Positions 1 through 12,565 of a DNA stretch of 50,277 nucleotides are shown here, one piece after another; within the stretch, counting starts at the first letter, position 1, and each line of letters starts with the position of its first letter. Where the stretch lies: assembly GCF_006345805.1 (NCBI RefSeq), contig NW_021834499.1:1-50277 (forward strand), written 5' to 3'. The notes under the pieces are model-generated. The model searched no databases, was not told where the DNA came from, and was given only the letters and a program-made list of their open reading frames with translations. This DNA is from Octopus sinensis. Its lineage: Eukaryota. The translations under genes and the position numbers were made by a program.

Positions 1-235
1 GGAGAAGAAAGGGAATGGTTGTGAGGAAACCATGAAGATGTTAAAAAAATCATTTCTATGTTTTTGTTTTATGTTTCGTTTCCCATTGTGTTCAATGTTC
101 TTTTGATGTCCTGTACCCATATATGCATGTATATATACATATATATGTAGGTATTTACAGATATGTATGTATATATGCATATATACATATATATACATTA
201 TATATATATTATATATATATATAATATATTATATA

Positions 236-614
236 TATAAATTAAATAGTGATAAAACCACTATTATGCAAATCAAACAGTGAAAAACATAAGCCAAAAC
301 ATAAAAATAAAAATAATTTATATAATGTACAAAATATATAAAATTTAAAATTCAAATTATTTAAACTAAAAATTTTAAATTTATATTATAAATTTTTATG
401 TATTTTTTTTTTAATATTTTTAAAAATATATATTTTATATATTTTATATAAAAAATTATAAATATAAATTAAAAATTTTAAATTTAAATAATTTAGATTT
501 TAAATTTTTATATATTTTTTATATTATATTAATTATTTTTATTTTTATGTTTTGGTTTATGTTTTTCAATGTTTGATTTGCCTAATAATGGTTTTATCTC
601 TAATTTAATTTATA
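236..614. repeat. Long imperfect AT-rich inverted repeat (fold-back), centre ~421-425
   Basis: Left arm ataaattaaatagtgataaaaccactattatgcaaatcaaacagtgaaaaacataagccaaaacat... is the reverse complement (scattered mismatches) of right arm ...atgttttggtttatgtttttcaatgtttgatttgcctaataatggttttatctctaatttaatttat; abuts a (TA)n tract. Confidence 0.9.
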
Positions 615-685
615 TTTATACTGTGAAATTAGATTTTATCCTAAATCTAATTTGTCCCTGTAAGTTTGGATTTATTCCCTATTAC

Positions 686-731
<46 letters not shown>

Positions 732-737
732 TATATA

Positions 738-864
738 ACGAGGGGCTTCCTTGAGCTTCCGTCTACCAAATTCACTCACAAGGCTTTGTCGATCTGAGTA
801 TATAGTAGAAGGTATTTGCCCAAACTACCACGCAGCTGGACTGAACGCGGATCCAGGTGGTTGG
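738..864 (-). mobile_element. SINE family A, 5' half (diverged)
   Basis: Homologous to reverse complement of the 5' half of the full copy at 37812-38200 (ccgtctaccaaat.cactcacaaggctttg...gactgaac...gtggttgg); starts at a (TA)n tract. Confidence 0.8.
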
Positions 865-1267
865 ATGTATATATATATATATATATATATGGATGGATGG
901 GGGTTTTGATTGGGCATTTTCGCTCTTCCGAATACACCTTAGTGGTACTCGAAAGCTCTGAGCTAGACCAAGAAAGACTCGTCCAGTATGCCGTCATCTG
1001 AACTGAACCAGACACCACATGCTTGCCGAGCCGGTCTCATAGTCACACATGCACACTGAGTGTCTGTGTATCTGTGTATCTGTGTGAGTCTAGGAAACCG
1101 GAGAATATTATGAAGCTTTTCATATCAGACATTTTATTCTATAAAATATACAGGTAAATTAGTGGAGACAGCCTAAATGCAAAACATCTATATGCGTATA
1201 GATGGAGTTAATATACACTTCTCTATGTATGCATGTATATGAATGTGTATACATACAAATGTATATG

Positions 1268-1352
<85 letters not shown>

Positions 1353-1834
1353 ATATAAATATAAAGGTATATATATAAACACATACAGATAGAGAGAAAT
1401 TTAGATGGGAGTGAAAGTCAGTTTGAAAGTCAGATAGAGAGACAGACAAAGAGATGGATGAATACAGACACACAGACACAGATACACACACATACACACA
1501 CACACACACAAATATATATATAAATATATATATACATATGCACACACATGCAGAAAGACATGCATATGCATCATAGGTAGGTCAATTTAGTTCTATAAAT
1601 ATTTATATATTAGGCAGTAGAAAAATGTACTCAACTACGTGTTTCAGAGCAGATATAACGATGTATTTATACATTTACACTTCTACACTTTTACACTTCT
1701 ACACATTTCTACATTTCTACATTAATATCCTTCAACTGATTATACACTGTATACTTCCCATACAATATAGAGAAATCTAATTAATCCAAACCAGGACAAA
1801 TGTACTTTAAATAACACCAATTTCTCTTATAGTA

Positions 1835-1868
1835 ATAGCAGCAGCAGCAGCAGCAGCAGCAGCGCAGC

Positions 1869-1908
<40 letters not shown>

Positions 1909-1967
1909 TAGTAGTAGTAGTAGTAGTAGAAGAAGAAGAAGAAGAAGAAGAAGAAGAAGAAGAAGAA
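1835..1967. repeat. Compound microsatellite (CAG)n-(TAG)n-(GAA)n
   Basis: Directly visible trinucleotide arrays; source of ORF 1781..2011. Confidence 0.95.
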
Positions 1968-2206
1968 TAGCGTTTCTTCAATATAGTTATATTAATAAGT
2001 CTCCTTCTCATTATATGACACGCTAATGCACTTGTACCCCGTCGTATTTAAAGGTGATGTCCACAATGGAAGATGAGATTCACGCTTTGATATAAATACA
2101 ATGTCAATAAGAGGAACAGAGGAGCGTGAAGTAGGATGTGTATTTAATTGGCAGTGGCCATGATTATAGGCTAAATGTTTCTTGGATAACCCTTTCCGTT
2201 TCGCAC

Positions 2207-2208
<2 letters not shown>

Positions 2209-2258
<50 letters not shown>

Positions 2259-2262
2259 ATCC

Positions 2263-2323
<61 letters not shown>

Positions 2324-2348
2324 CCTATCTATCTATCTATCTATCTGT
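2209..2348. repeat. (CT)n-(CTAT)n microsatellite
   Basis: Directly visible. Confidence 0.95.
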
Positions 2349-2673
2349 CTATTTTCGGCACTTGCCTGGAGTCTTCAAAAGATGTGGGTTCGATTGCCAT
2401 GAGTGTTGACAGATTTTCCTGCTTTGAAAGGCTAATTTACCCAAAGTTTCTGCTGTTGCAACGGTATCTCTGCTTTCGAAAATTAATCATCTTATTTGTA
2501 TCTTACAATACACATTTCGGCGCTAATGAAAAAAAAACATGTTTGTTTGTTTGTTTATATTAATATACACGTGGTTATATATATATTGATAAAAATTGTA
2601 AGACAACAAAAGAAAGAGACCTCGATATTATGTAAATAGAGGAATTTATCTAATTGTCTCATATTACATTTAC

Positions 2674-2716
<43 letters not shown>

Positions 2717-2805
2717 ATGCACACACACACGCATACACACAGATAGAAAGACAGACATGCAGACATAGATATTTGAATATCAGAGAATAGTTCTTAAATT
2801 GAAAT

Positions 2806-3648
2806 GCGTTTCGGTTAAATTTGACAGTTTGCAATAAAAGAAAAAGAAATTACGATATCCCATCCAAGAATAAAAACAATTTTACAAAATAGAAAGCACT
2901 AACACGATTATGACTGTAAGGTACCTGTTTATTTATACTACCCGCCCCCAGCTTCTTCCACGCCCCCGACACGGCTTTGGATCTTGGAGTATGCCTTACT
3001 CCCTGTGGTCCTGGAAAGATCTTCGAACACTTCCTGTATTTTGGCCGCTAGCTTGGCCTTAGTGTTGCAGGTAGGGCGGTCGGGTCTCCCTCAACCGAGC
3101 CCCACACAATAATCAATGGGATTACAGTCGGGACAATTAGAATATCAGAGATTGGAGCTGGGGAAGTCGTAAATAGTTTTCAACAACCACTTCTGACTTT
3201 TTCTGCAAGTATGGTAGGAAACCGAATCCTGCTGTTATACATATTGCTTTCCAGCAACAACCCTCTCCAGCCAAGGTTTGACCGCAGTTTCTAGCAGCTT
3301 AACAAAGCTGTCTGAATTGAACTTAAGGCTCTGTTCAGTGATGTAGGGCGGCATGATGTCACTCTCTCTAGGGAGACACCCAAAGACCATCGTAGTATGG
3401 GGGAACGTGGTATTCATGGTACGTAGGAAATCACATGGTTTCTAGGCAAACCACTTATTGCTCTGGGTGTTGTGCAACTTGTCTCGGCAGAAGTTGTTGT
3501 CATCGGAGAAGAAGCAAATAGTTCCCAGCTCAGGAACATGCCCCAATTTGTTGAGCTTGATTCTTGCGTCAAGCAATTCTCCTTCGCTTTGGCTGTCAGA
3601 ATTTGTCCCTTGTGTGTCTCGTACGAGCGGCAGCGAAGGTCCTCATTC
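2806..3648 (-). mobile_element. Decayed Tc1/mariner transposon of maT (DD37D) type; 5'-truncated transposase pseudogene plus 3' TIR remnant
   Basis: Minus-strand translation across stops/frameshifts: ...ICFFSDDNNFCRDKLHNTQSNKWFA*..MNTTFPHTTMVFGC...VKPWLERVVAGKQYV*QQDSVSYHTCRKSQKWLLKTIYDFPSSNL*YSNCPDCNPIDY...CNTKAKLAAKIQEVFEDL...; 37 residues between second D (QQD) and third D (NPID) by my count; TIR-like cgtttcggttaaatttgacagttt at ~2807-2830. Confidence 0.88.
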
Positions 3649-3669
3649 TAAGCCAAATATATAAATAAT

Positions 3670-3738
3670 GACAACAACAATTATGATGATGATGATGACA
3701 ATGACGACGACGACGATGACGATGATGATGATGATGAC

Positions 3739-3782
<44 letters not shown>

Positions 3783-3911
3783 CGCTGATGATGATGACGA
3801 TGATGATGATGATGATGATGATGAAAATGATGATGATGGTGGTGGTGATGATGTTGATGACGATGTCAATGATGATGTTGATGACCCACGAATAAACACG
3901 AAGGAAAGCAA

Positions 3912-3993
<82 letters not shown>
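3670..3993. repeat. (GAT)n followed by (GATA)n microsatellites
   Basis: Directly visible; source of poly-Met and poly-Ser ORFs. Confidence 0.95.
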
Positions 3994-3994
<1 letters not shown>

Positions 3995-4276
3995 CCACAC
4001 TCTTAAGTACGAAAAAGCCGGGCTATGGGAAATGAAATAGACGTCAATTATTGTGGGGTCCTTGGGAAGACATTAAGGGGAATATCAGGGAAAGTGGAAT
4101 AGAGTGCCCAGTAGGACTGTTACAAAAGAGGTTTGACTCCTCGGTATGGCCATAATAATCAGGAAAGTATTAGATAACTGAAAAGAACGAATAATACAGT
4201 ACCGTGGGCTGCAGGTAGTAATCCCGCTACGCATGCAAGACTCCACGAGTTCCAACAAAACCTGCGATAAAGCGAA
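3995..4276 (+). mobile_element. Old R4/Dong-clade (RLE) non-LTR retrotransposon 3' end with (AAT)n tail
   Basis: One frame with stops gives LKYEKAGLWEMK*TSIIVGSLGRH*...EV*LLGMAIIIRKVLDN*, matching the C-terminus of the copy at 41871 (MWNLK..IIVGALG..LLGTAHILRRTL); followed by short 3' UTR and (AAT)n. Confidence 0.75.
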
Positions 4277-4335
<59 letters not shown>

Positions 4336-4353
4336 AATAACAATAACAATAAC

Positions 4354-4384
<31 letters not shown>

Positions 4385-4522
4385 TAATAATAATAATATA
4401 ATAATAAAATAAGAAGAAGAAAGAAGAAGAAGAAGAAGAAAGAAGCAGAAGAAGAGACGAAGAAGAAGAAAAAAAAAATAAAAAAAAATAATGATAATAA
4501 TAATAGTAATAATAATAATAAT

Positions 4523-5079
4523 AGATGCCCTGATGCAGTACCAGACAGTGGCTCTCATGGCTTCTGATCTTAATTGATTGGAAGTGGTATCATGAACATT
4601 GTTTTGCCTTGGTATAAAAGATGGGCTACAGCAAATATTCTGCTCAATACCACAGATTTGCTTGTCAGTTGTTTGACCTTAACCAGTTGAGCATGTCCCT
4701 TAGTGACTGACGATATGTGCATCTCTGATCACGAGCAGAAGTAGTGGAGAGCATTATACCCGTGTGCTGAAAGGAATTCTTGAAGGTTTGGATAATTCAC
4801 CTTTGGAAACATGGGTGATTCAGTCAACATCCTTAAACAATTCTTATTCAGGGACCTTTTGAGTGGGATGGGCGACTCGACCAGAAGAAAATTCTAACTG
4901 GGCCCCACCTGCAAGGTCATGAGCTATTTATCTTCATATGAGATCACCATGTCGCACACATATGGTTGTGATGCATGTGCCTGGTGTACCCTTATTAGAA
5001 GGGTAGTCATGATGGGTATATTGGGCTTCATATATTTTACCCCAGTGTCACTTTGATGGCATGTACTGCTCTCTCACTC
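4523..5079 (+). mobile_element. Non-coding interspersed repeat embedded in (AAT)n, ends ...ctctctcactc-(AAT)n; possibly 3' UTR or non-autonomous derivative of an (AAT)n-targeting element
   Basis: Complex-sequence island flanked on both sides by (AAT)n; no recognisable ORF. Identity as a mobile element is inference. Confidence 0.5.
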
Positions 5080-5302
<223 letters not shown>

Positions 5303-5911
5303 AGTTTCAAATTTTGTCACAAGGCAGCAATTTTAAGGAAGAGGTAATTATGTTAATTATTTTTTCGACCCCGAAAGGATAAAAGTTAATGTCGACTCGG
5401 CGTATAATAACAATAACAATAACAATAATATTAATAATACTGATAATAATAATAATAATAATAATAATTAATAATAATAATAATAATAATATAATAATAA
5501 TAATAATAATAATAATAAAATAATAATATAATGATAATAATAATAATAATATTAATAATAATAATAGGAGAGCATCTTACGAGAATTCTATCCGAATGTT
5601 TAGTTTTTCTATTAGATTTTGAAACTGGGCACCAGGTCGATATCTTTATTTTCTAGTTATTCGCTGTTGGTGATAAATGTATTTATCAATCACATGAGTG
5701 GGTTTGTAGAAATCGAACGCAGTTATTATGTTCTATGTAGAATAATGAGGCCCTATTCATTTTTAACGAATATCGTTAAAATGGATACAAACATAGGCTA
5801 TTTATTTTCGCTTCGCAACATAACAAATATACACCAAGTTCAAACCCTAGCGATATTCATTTTTATCCCATCCAGGGCCAAAGCTAGAGTTTTTCAAAAA
5901 TGATCACCAAT

Positions 5912-6148
5912 AGGCGCAGGCTGTGTGGTAAGTAACTTGCTTAACAACCACATGGTTCTGGGTTCAGTCCCACTGCATGGCACCTTTGGCAACTGTCTTC
6001 TACTATAGCCTCAGGCCGACCAAAGCATTGTGAGTGGATTTGGTAGACAGAAACTGAAAGAAGCCCGTCGTATATATGTATATATATATATATGTGTGTG
6101 TGTGTGTTTGTGTGTCTGTTTGTCCCCCACCCACCAACATTGCTTGAC
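5912..6148 (+). mobile_element. SINE family A, 5' two-thirds
   Basis: aggcgcaggctgtgtggtaagtaacttgc...gggttcagtccc (Pol III B-box-like)...gaaagaagcccgtcg-(TA/TG)n-tgtttgtcccc; colinear with 37812-38200. Confidence 0.9.
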
Positions 6149-7262
6149 ACTGCTGCTTCACATGCTCCACAAGCAATCTACCTCTAAGATTTTCTACACG
6201 CGTTAGAGAACATGCTAGAAACAACAGCTGGGTATCTAAAAACTTCACTTCAAATTTTTGTGAAGCTCTAATACGCAACAACGTATATGCTGTCTTACGA
6301 CATACCTCTTTACTTTCTACGTTTGCCAACAATTGCTCGTGTACGCCATTATATTTTGTTTGCAATAAGAACAAAAATAATCAATGTATTACTCAGAAAC
6401 CAGGATATTTTATTCAATCCCTTCTGCTCATTGTTCAGCAGCACAAAAGTTGTAATAGCACGTTAAGTAATTGTGTGCATACCGTCTGTAGCGCGCTGCA
6501 AAACATCTTGCATCATAACCTGTAGAAACAGCTCAAGCAAACTTGGAGTTAGTATTAAGAATATTGCACGTGATCAAAGTCGTTGTAAATGAGTCATTCT
6601 GGCAAATAGCAATTAAATCTACACACACGTGTTTAGTTTGGTGACAATGTTGGTCAGGGCTTGTTGCGTGTTTCAATTGCTACGACCAACTTGTACGGTC
6701 GGTCTTATTCTTAGGCGGACTAAAGCGAACGCTTCTCAAGGATTTCGAATTGTTAATCCATGTGATGCGGCCGTTCTAAGAGAAATTCAGCGATGAGGAT
6801 GTTAGACAGTGTTTGCATTTGTGTGTGTGTGTGTGTGTGGTGTGTGTGTGTGGGTGTGTGTGTGTCTGTATTAGTGTTTATGTGTATGCGTATGTGTGGT
6901 GTGTGGAGATGGTTCGTTGGTTGGTTGGGGTGCCGTGGTGTTTGTTCAGGAGAAACGCTTATATCCTAATTGTTTCAGCGGCATCACGTGATGCGGTCAC
7001 GTGATCCAGCAAGGTTGCATTTAATTACGTGATTATGTCATTTCTACGAACACGTGCGTGCATGTGTGTGTGCATTCGTGTGAACATCTGCATCATTATA
7101 TGCATCTATACGCATACGTTCATCTATAAGGTACGTATATACCACATGTACACATATGCATATGGTTAATATGTATGTATATATATATGTATGTATATCT
7201 ATATATATATACATATGTATATATATATGTATGTATATGTATATATATATACATATATATAC

Positions 7263-7293
<31 letters not shown>

Positions 7294-7503
7294 CATATAT
7301 ATATATACATGTATATGTATGTATGCATAAAAATACGTATATATGTATATATATATATACATATACATATGCATATATATGTATATATATATGAATATAT
7401 TATATATATATTCATAAATATATATATATGTATGTATATGTGTGTATACTCATATATAAGTGTATATTATATTTATGCTGATATATGCACATATGAATGT
7501 ATG

Positions 7504-7546
<43 letters not shown>

Positions 7547-8236
7547 GTATATCTATATATATATCTATATATGTACATGTATATATATATATATATATAA
7601 TATATATATATACATACATATGTATGTATGGATATATGTATGTATGTATGGTTGAATGAATGCATACGCTTGCGTGTTTCCATTGACATTTCCGCATCTT
7701 TATATGTAAGCCAATGCCTGCATGTGTGGGAAGGTGTGCACGAAACGGATTGAAGACATCCGAGTTGACTTGCAATGTCCACTGTATTAGTGTGTGATTG
7801 TGGTTTTGTGTGTATATGTGTGTACGTGTGTCTGCGCATTTCTCTGTATGAAAGAGATAAAGAGTGAAATAGCGAGCGAGGGAGAGAGAGAGCGAAAGAG
7901 AGAGAGAGAGAGGTGGGAGAGATAAAGTGGTGGAGAGAGATAGTTGGGAGAGAGAGAGTAAGAGAGTGAGAAAAGAGTGTGTGTTTCTGTGTGCGCGTGA
8001 GTGTCTCTTTGCGCGTATGTGTGAAAATATCTTCTGTATTGATGTGACTAGATATTTCGTTTACACTGAGAAGAGTCTCTTTAAGCCGGTCTTACATGTA
8101 AACATGTATAAAAGTTCCTATGTAGACGTATGCAAATATTCATAGGAGCCCTTTAAAAGGTAAATATGTAGAGGGTGGTGCCCCAGCATGGCCGCGGCCT
8201 TCGGGCTAAAACATTTTAAAGGATTTTAAGGATTTA

Positions 8237-8698
8237 AGGGTGATTCAAAAGTCGCCATACATAGGAACACTTTATTTTTTTATAAGCAACACTTTATAAG
8301 AACGTTTTTATTTACTTAACATGCTCTATATAGTTACCATTGTTTTGAATACACATTGCAATGTGTATCATAGAAAAATTTGTATAAATATCAAAAGGTG
8401 ATGATTTGTAATGGAAATTAAAATAATGAAGGAAAGTATCGCATATATATATACTTTAAGTTTACCTCACTCATTGTGAACTCGTAAGAACACACCTGGA
8501 GATGTGTGCAAATGAGTCGGTGATGCGTTCCTTCATATGATTTGTCTTTTATCTTTCCGCAATACACCATGCGTTTCAAATGCCCCCAAAGATAGAAATC
8601 AAGAGGGGTCAGATCACGGGGTCTAGGATATCTTATAAACTGTTTCTTATAAAAAAATTAATTTTTCCTGTGAATGGAGACTTTTGAATCACCCTGTA
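8237..8698 (-). mobile_element. Non-autonomous Tc1/mariner element with ~30-bp TIRs and a transposase C-terminal remnant
   Basis: Left agggtgattcaaaagtcgccatacatagg vs right cctgtgaatggagacttttgaatcaccctg-TA; internal minus-strand remnant PRPRDLTPLDFYLWGHLKRMVY (~8560-8625), the third-D region of rosa/maT-like transposases. Confidence 0.85.
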
Positions 8699-8759
8699 TT
8701 ACATCTATGCGCATATGTGAGTACATGTTAGACTGCTGAACTCTAGATGCTTTCTTTTA

Positions 8760-8885
8760 CCTTCTCTCTCTCTCTAGCTTTTTTTCTTTTTCCCTATTTA
8801 TTTCCTTTTATTCCTTTCTGTCGAAGAGCGTAGGCTTGAAACGTCAAAGATTTTTCCAGTCATCCCTAGCGTCAGACTAATACAC
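8760..8885 (+). mobile_element. Penelope-like terminal-repeat fragment with degenerate minimal hammerhead-like motif (8814-8849)
   Basis: cttt-CTGTCGA-A-GAGC gtag GCTT-GAAAC-GTC-aaag; homologous to 31450-31640. Penelope assignment is inference. Confidence 0.55.
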
Positions 8886-8914
8886 TTGCACTAATAATTC
8901 AAACTAATACACTA

Positions 8915-9040
8915 AGCATTATGCGGCATTTCGTTCGTACTTCCGTTCTGAGTTCAAAGTCTGCCGTTTTAGACTTTGCCTTTCATCTTATCAGGTAACG
9001 ATGAAATAAGTACCAGTTGAGCATCAAAGGCGATGTGATA
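8915..9040 (+). mobile_element. SINE family D fragment
   Basis: gttctgagttcaaagtctgccg...ctttgcctttcatc...gaaataagtaccagtt, homologous to 40998-41205. Confidence 0.7.
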
Positions 9041-9237
9041 GATCTATACCATTCCTCGGATGTGTTTATGGTCCGAGCGTGAATCGTAGTTTTTGTGTGT
9101 CACACACAGACAATCACAAGTAGAGAGAGAGAATTAGAAAGAGCAGGATTCCAAGTGACGTTCTTCAGTTTGTGAAAACGATGTTCTTTCACATACACAA
9201 AGAAACACACACACACATATGTATATATATATATATA

Positions 9238-9400
9238 CTGGCTGTCTGGTAAGTAACTTGCTTACCAACCACATGGATGGTCCTGGTTCAGTCCCACTGC
9301 GTGGCACCTTGGGCAAGTGTCTTCTACTATAGCCTCGGACCGATTAAAGCCTTGAGTGGATTTGGTAGACAGAAACTTAAAGAAGCCTGTCGTATATATG
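9238..9400 (+). mobile_element. SINE family A, 5' half
   Basis: tggctgtctggtaagtaacttgcttaccaaccacatgg...gaagcctgtcgtatat; ends in the internal (TA)n tract. Confidence 0.9.
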
Positions 9401-9403
9401 TGA

Positions 9404-9441
<38 letters not shown>

Positions 9442-9504
9442 TAAATAATGAGGGAGATATTTCTAGCATACGGCCGACTCCCTAGCAGTAAGCCCTGCCA
9501 ATAT

Positions 9505-9562
<58 letters not shown>

Positions 9563-9829
9563 AATGTGCGCATGCGTATTTTACGAGTGCCTGTGTATGA
9601 GGAAGCGTGAAAGAGAGAGAGAGGGGGTCGGGATTAACAAAAACTACAGAAACTTCTTTGGTTCAGCCGAAGTGATATGAAGTGAAAAGTGTTGATTCTG
9701 ACGCCAAGTACAACTCTCACCTTAAGTTTCCACGTTTTCTCTTCATTTTTCATTTAACATATTTCAGTGAAACATAGCGCTCAAAGTTTCTAACAGGTTT
9801 GACATCTCTCTCTTTCTCTCTCTCCTTCT

Positions 9830-9843
9830 CTATCTATCTATCA

Positions 9844-9902
<59 letters not shown>

Positions 9903-10118
9903 AACCTATCTATCAACCTATATATCTATCTATCTATCTATATATCTATCTATCTATCTATTTATCTATCTATCAATCTATCTATCTATCTATTTATTTA
10001 TTTATTTATTTATTTCTCTCTCTCTCTCTATCTATCTATCTATCATTCTCTCTCTCCCTTTATCCCTTTCTCTCTTTGTCTCTCTCCATCTCTGTGTCTA
10101 TCTATCTATGTATCTATC

Positions 10119-10205
<87 letters not shown>

Positions 10206-10240
10206 TTATCTATCTATCTGTCTGTCTGTCTATCTATCTA
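9830..10240. repeat. (CTAT)n/(CT)n compound microsatellite
   Basis: Directly visible; source of YLSI-repeat ORFs. Confidence 0.95.
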
Positions 10241-11228
10241 TATTTCCCTCTCTTTCTTTCCCTCCTTCTCTCTCGCTTTCTCTCTTTGTCTCTCTGTCTG
10301 TATCTATCTGTCTATTTCTCACTCTCCTTCTACCTTTCTCCCTTTCTCTCTCTCACTCTCTCTCTATGTGCGTGCTCGATGTGTACACACGCGTACGTTT
10401 ATGCATATACACTAATTTCTGACCTTGTCGCAATCAAAGAAATATTTGATATTCTGAGGAATCTATATACGTATAGCTAACAATTTGTTCATATTTATGA
10501 ATCATCTATGGATATTTTTTCCATCGGCGAGACCTGCTCTTGGATCCGTCGATAACAAACTGGCGCCATTGGTGTTTAATCAATCGAAACTTTCACTAAC
10601 CACAAAAACCTTTCTGAGTTGACACAGCGACAGTTGATGGATGTCGGCCTTATTCTTCTTCCTTTGGTACTTTTCATGTCGGTGAATATAAATGCATACA
10701 GAGAACTTACTAAAGCTCCATTACATCTCAACTGCAATCTTACGGAAACAATTGACCGGCGAAAACGAGGTTTACTATTTTCCGACGCCATCTTGACAAA
10801 GGGATACTAAATAGACGTACTTTGCCTGCCCGAATTATATGGAGAGTGATCCTTTCAGGGCATCTTTGAGAGCATTTAATCCTAATCTCTTTGTAGTGAC
10901 CACTGCCTAAGTTTCCGTTCCATACGGAAAAATTAGTCGTTCAAAGGGACCAAAGAATGCTTTTGTTTTGGGTGGATTTTGGTGCAATTTCCGTATATAT
11001 TGCAATTTTTGAAAGCCCGTTTCTTGCGAATATCACTCTTTTGAATGGGAAAATATCTCTGGATCAAGAAGGAAAACATTGATTAAATGTTCTGGAAGCA
11101 AAGATATACGTGAACATGCACAGACAGACACACAAAAAGGACACGCAGATACTCATGCACACACAAATGTAAGTACAGTAATTATATTATACATACATAC
11201 AAACATTCATACATACATACATACATAC

Positions 11229-11282
<54 letters not shown>

Positions 11283-11324
11283 CACACGTGTGTATGGATG
11301 TAGTTGTGTGTATATATAACCTTT

Positions 11325-11520
11325 TATTCTCTTAAATTTGTCTCAGTCATTTGACTGCGGCAATGCTGGAGCACCGCCTTTATTCGAACAAATCGACACC
11401 AGGACTTATTCGTTATAAGCCTAGTACTTATTCTATCGGTCGCTTTTGCTAAGTAACGGGGACGTAAACACACCAAAAGCAGTTGTCAAGGTAGGGGACA
11501 AACACAGACATGCATATATA
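11325..11520 (-). mobile_element. SINE family A, 3' half
   Basis: tcagtcatttgactgcggcaatgctggagcaccgcc...ggggacaaacacagac, reverse complement of the family A tail. Confidence 0.9.
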
Positions 11521-11546
11521 TATATACGTATGTGTGGGGGTGTTGT

Positions 11547-11578
<32 letters not shown>

Positions 11579-12119
11579 CATATATATGCACACACATATA
11601 CATACAGAGGGAGACAGAGACAGACTTGGAAACACGATACTTGTGCAAGCGCAGGATACTCGAAAATTCTTCGTACCAGCTACCAGTAGTTTAGAGGGGT
11701 CATTAGGAGAGAATACCCACTGTTTTAGCGCCTTCCGTACGTTGGCTTTACAGCGTCCCAGCACCGCTCGCTGATGTGGGGACCCGCCTACTGGACTGAC
11801 TGACTCCTTCGATCGTATGTCCATTTAGGATTTATCATCAGCATCCAACTTATGGAGTCATGCCGCTTTGTCTCGCCATATAACCATACAGCCATCTGCT
11901 TCAAAGTCGCTCATCAGCTCTCCATCCACGATTCATCTCGCTTTCTAGCAATATGTATGTAATGAAAAACTTAGTGAGAAAAAAGGAAAGAATCGTTAGT
12001 AAATAAAGAGGAATGAAATGAAACATCTTTTATCTTCTACTTGTTTCAGTCATTTGACTGCGGTCATGTTGGGGCACTGCTTTTGAAGTGCTTTTAGTTT
12101 TATGAAACAACTGCAGTAC

Positions 12120-12166
12120 AGCCTTGTGAGTGGATTTGGTGGACAGAAACTGAAAAAAGCCCGCCG

Positions 12167-12225
<59 letters not shown>

Positions 12226-12257
12226 ATATATATATAATATATATATATATATATGTA

Positions 12258-12306
<49 letters not shown>

Positions 12307-12565
12307 ATATATATATATATAATATATATATATATATATAATATATATATGTGTGTGTGTTTGTCCCCTGCTACACAACTTGACAAGCGGTTTCCGTGTG
12401 TTTGGCTCCACGTAACTTAGCACTTCGGCAAAATGGGCTGATAGAATAAGTACCAGGCTTGTTAAAAAAGCAAGTAATAGGATCGATTCATTCGACGAAA
12501 AATCCTTGAAAGCGGTGCCCCAGCATGGCTGCGGTCTAATGACTGAAACATGTAAACACATAAAA
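12120..12565 (+). mobile_element. SINE family A with expanded internal (TA)n (~185 bp)
   Basis: gccttgtgagtggatttgg...gcccgccg-(TA)n-gtgtttgtcccc...gcggtgccccagcatggctgcgg...gactgaaac. Confidence 0.88.

Noticed and set aside
6148-6525. 125-codon stop-free plus-strand frame without Met, overlapping minus ORF 6003..6374
   Set aside because: No recognisable domain, no convincing splice sites, and a frame this long is near chance expectation for six frames of 50 kb. Spliced RNA-seq or a protein hit would reverse this.
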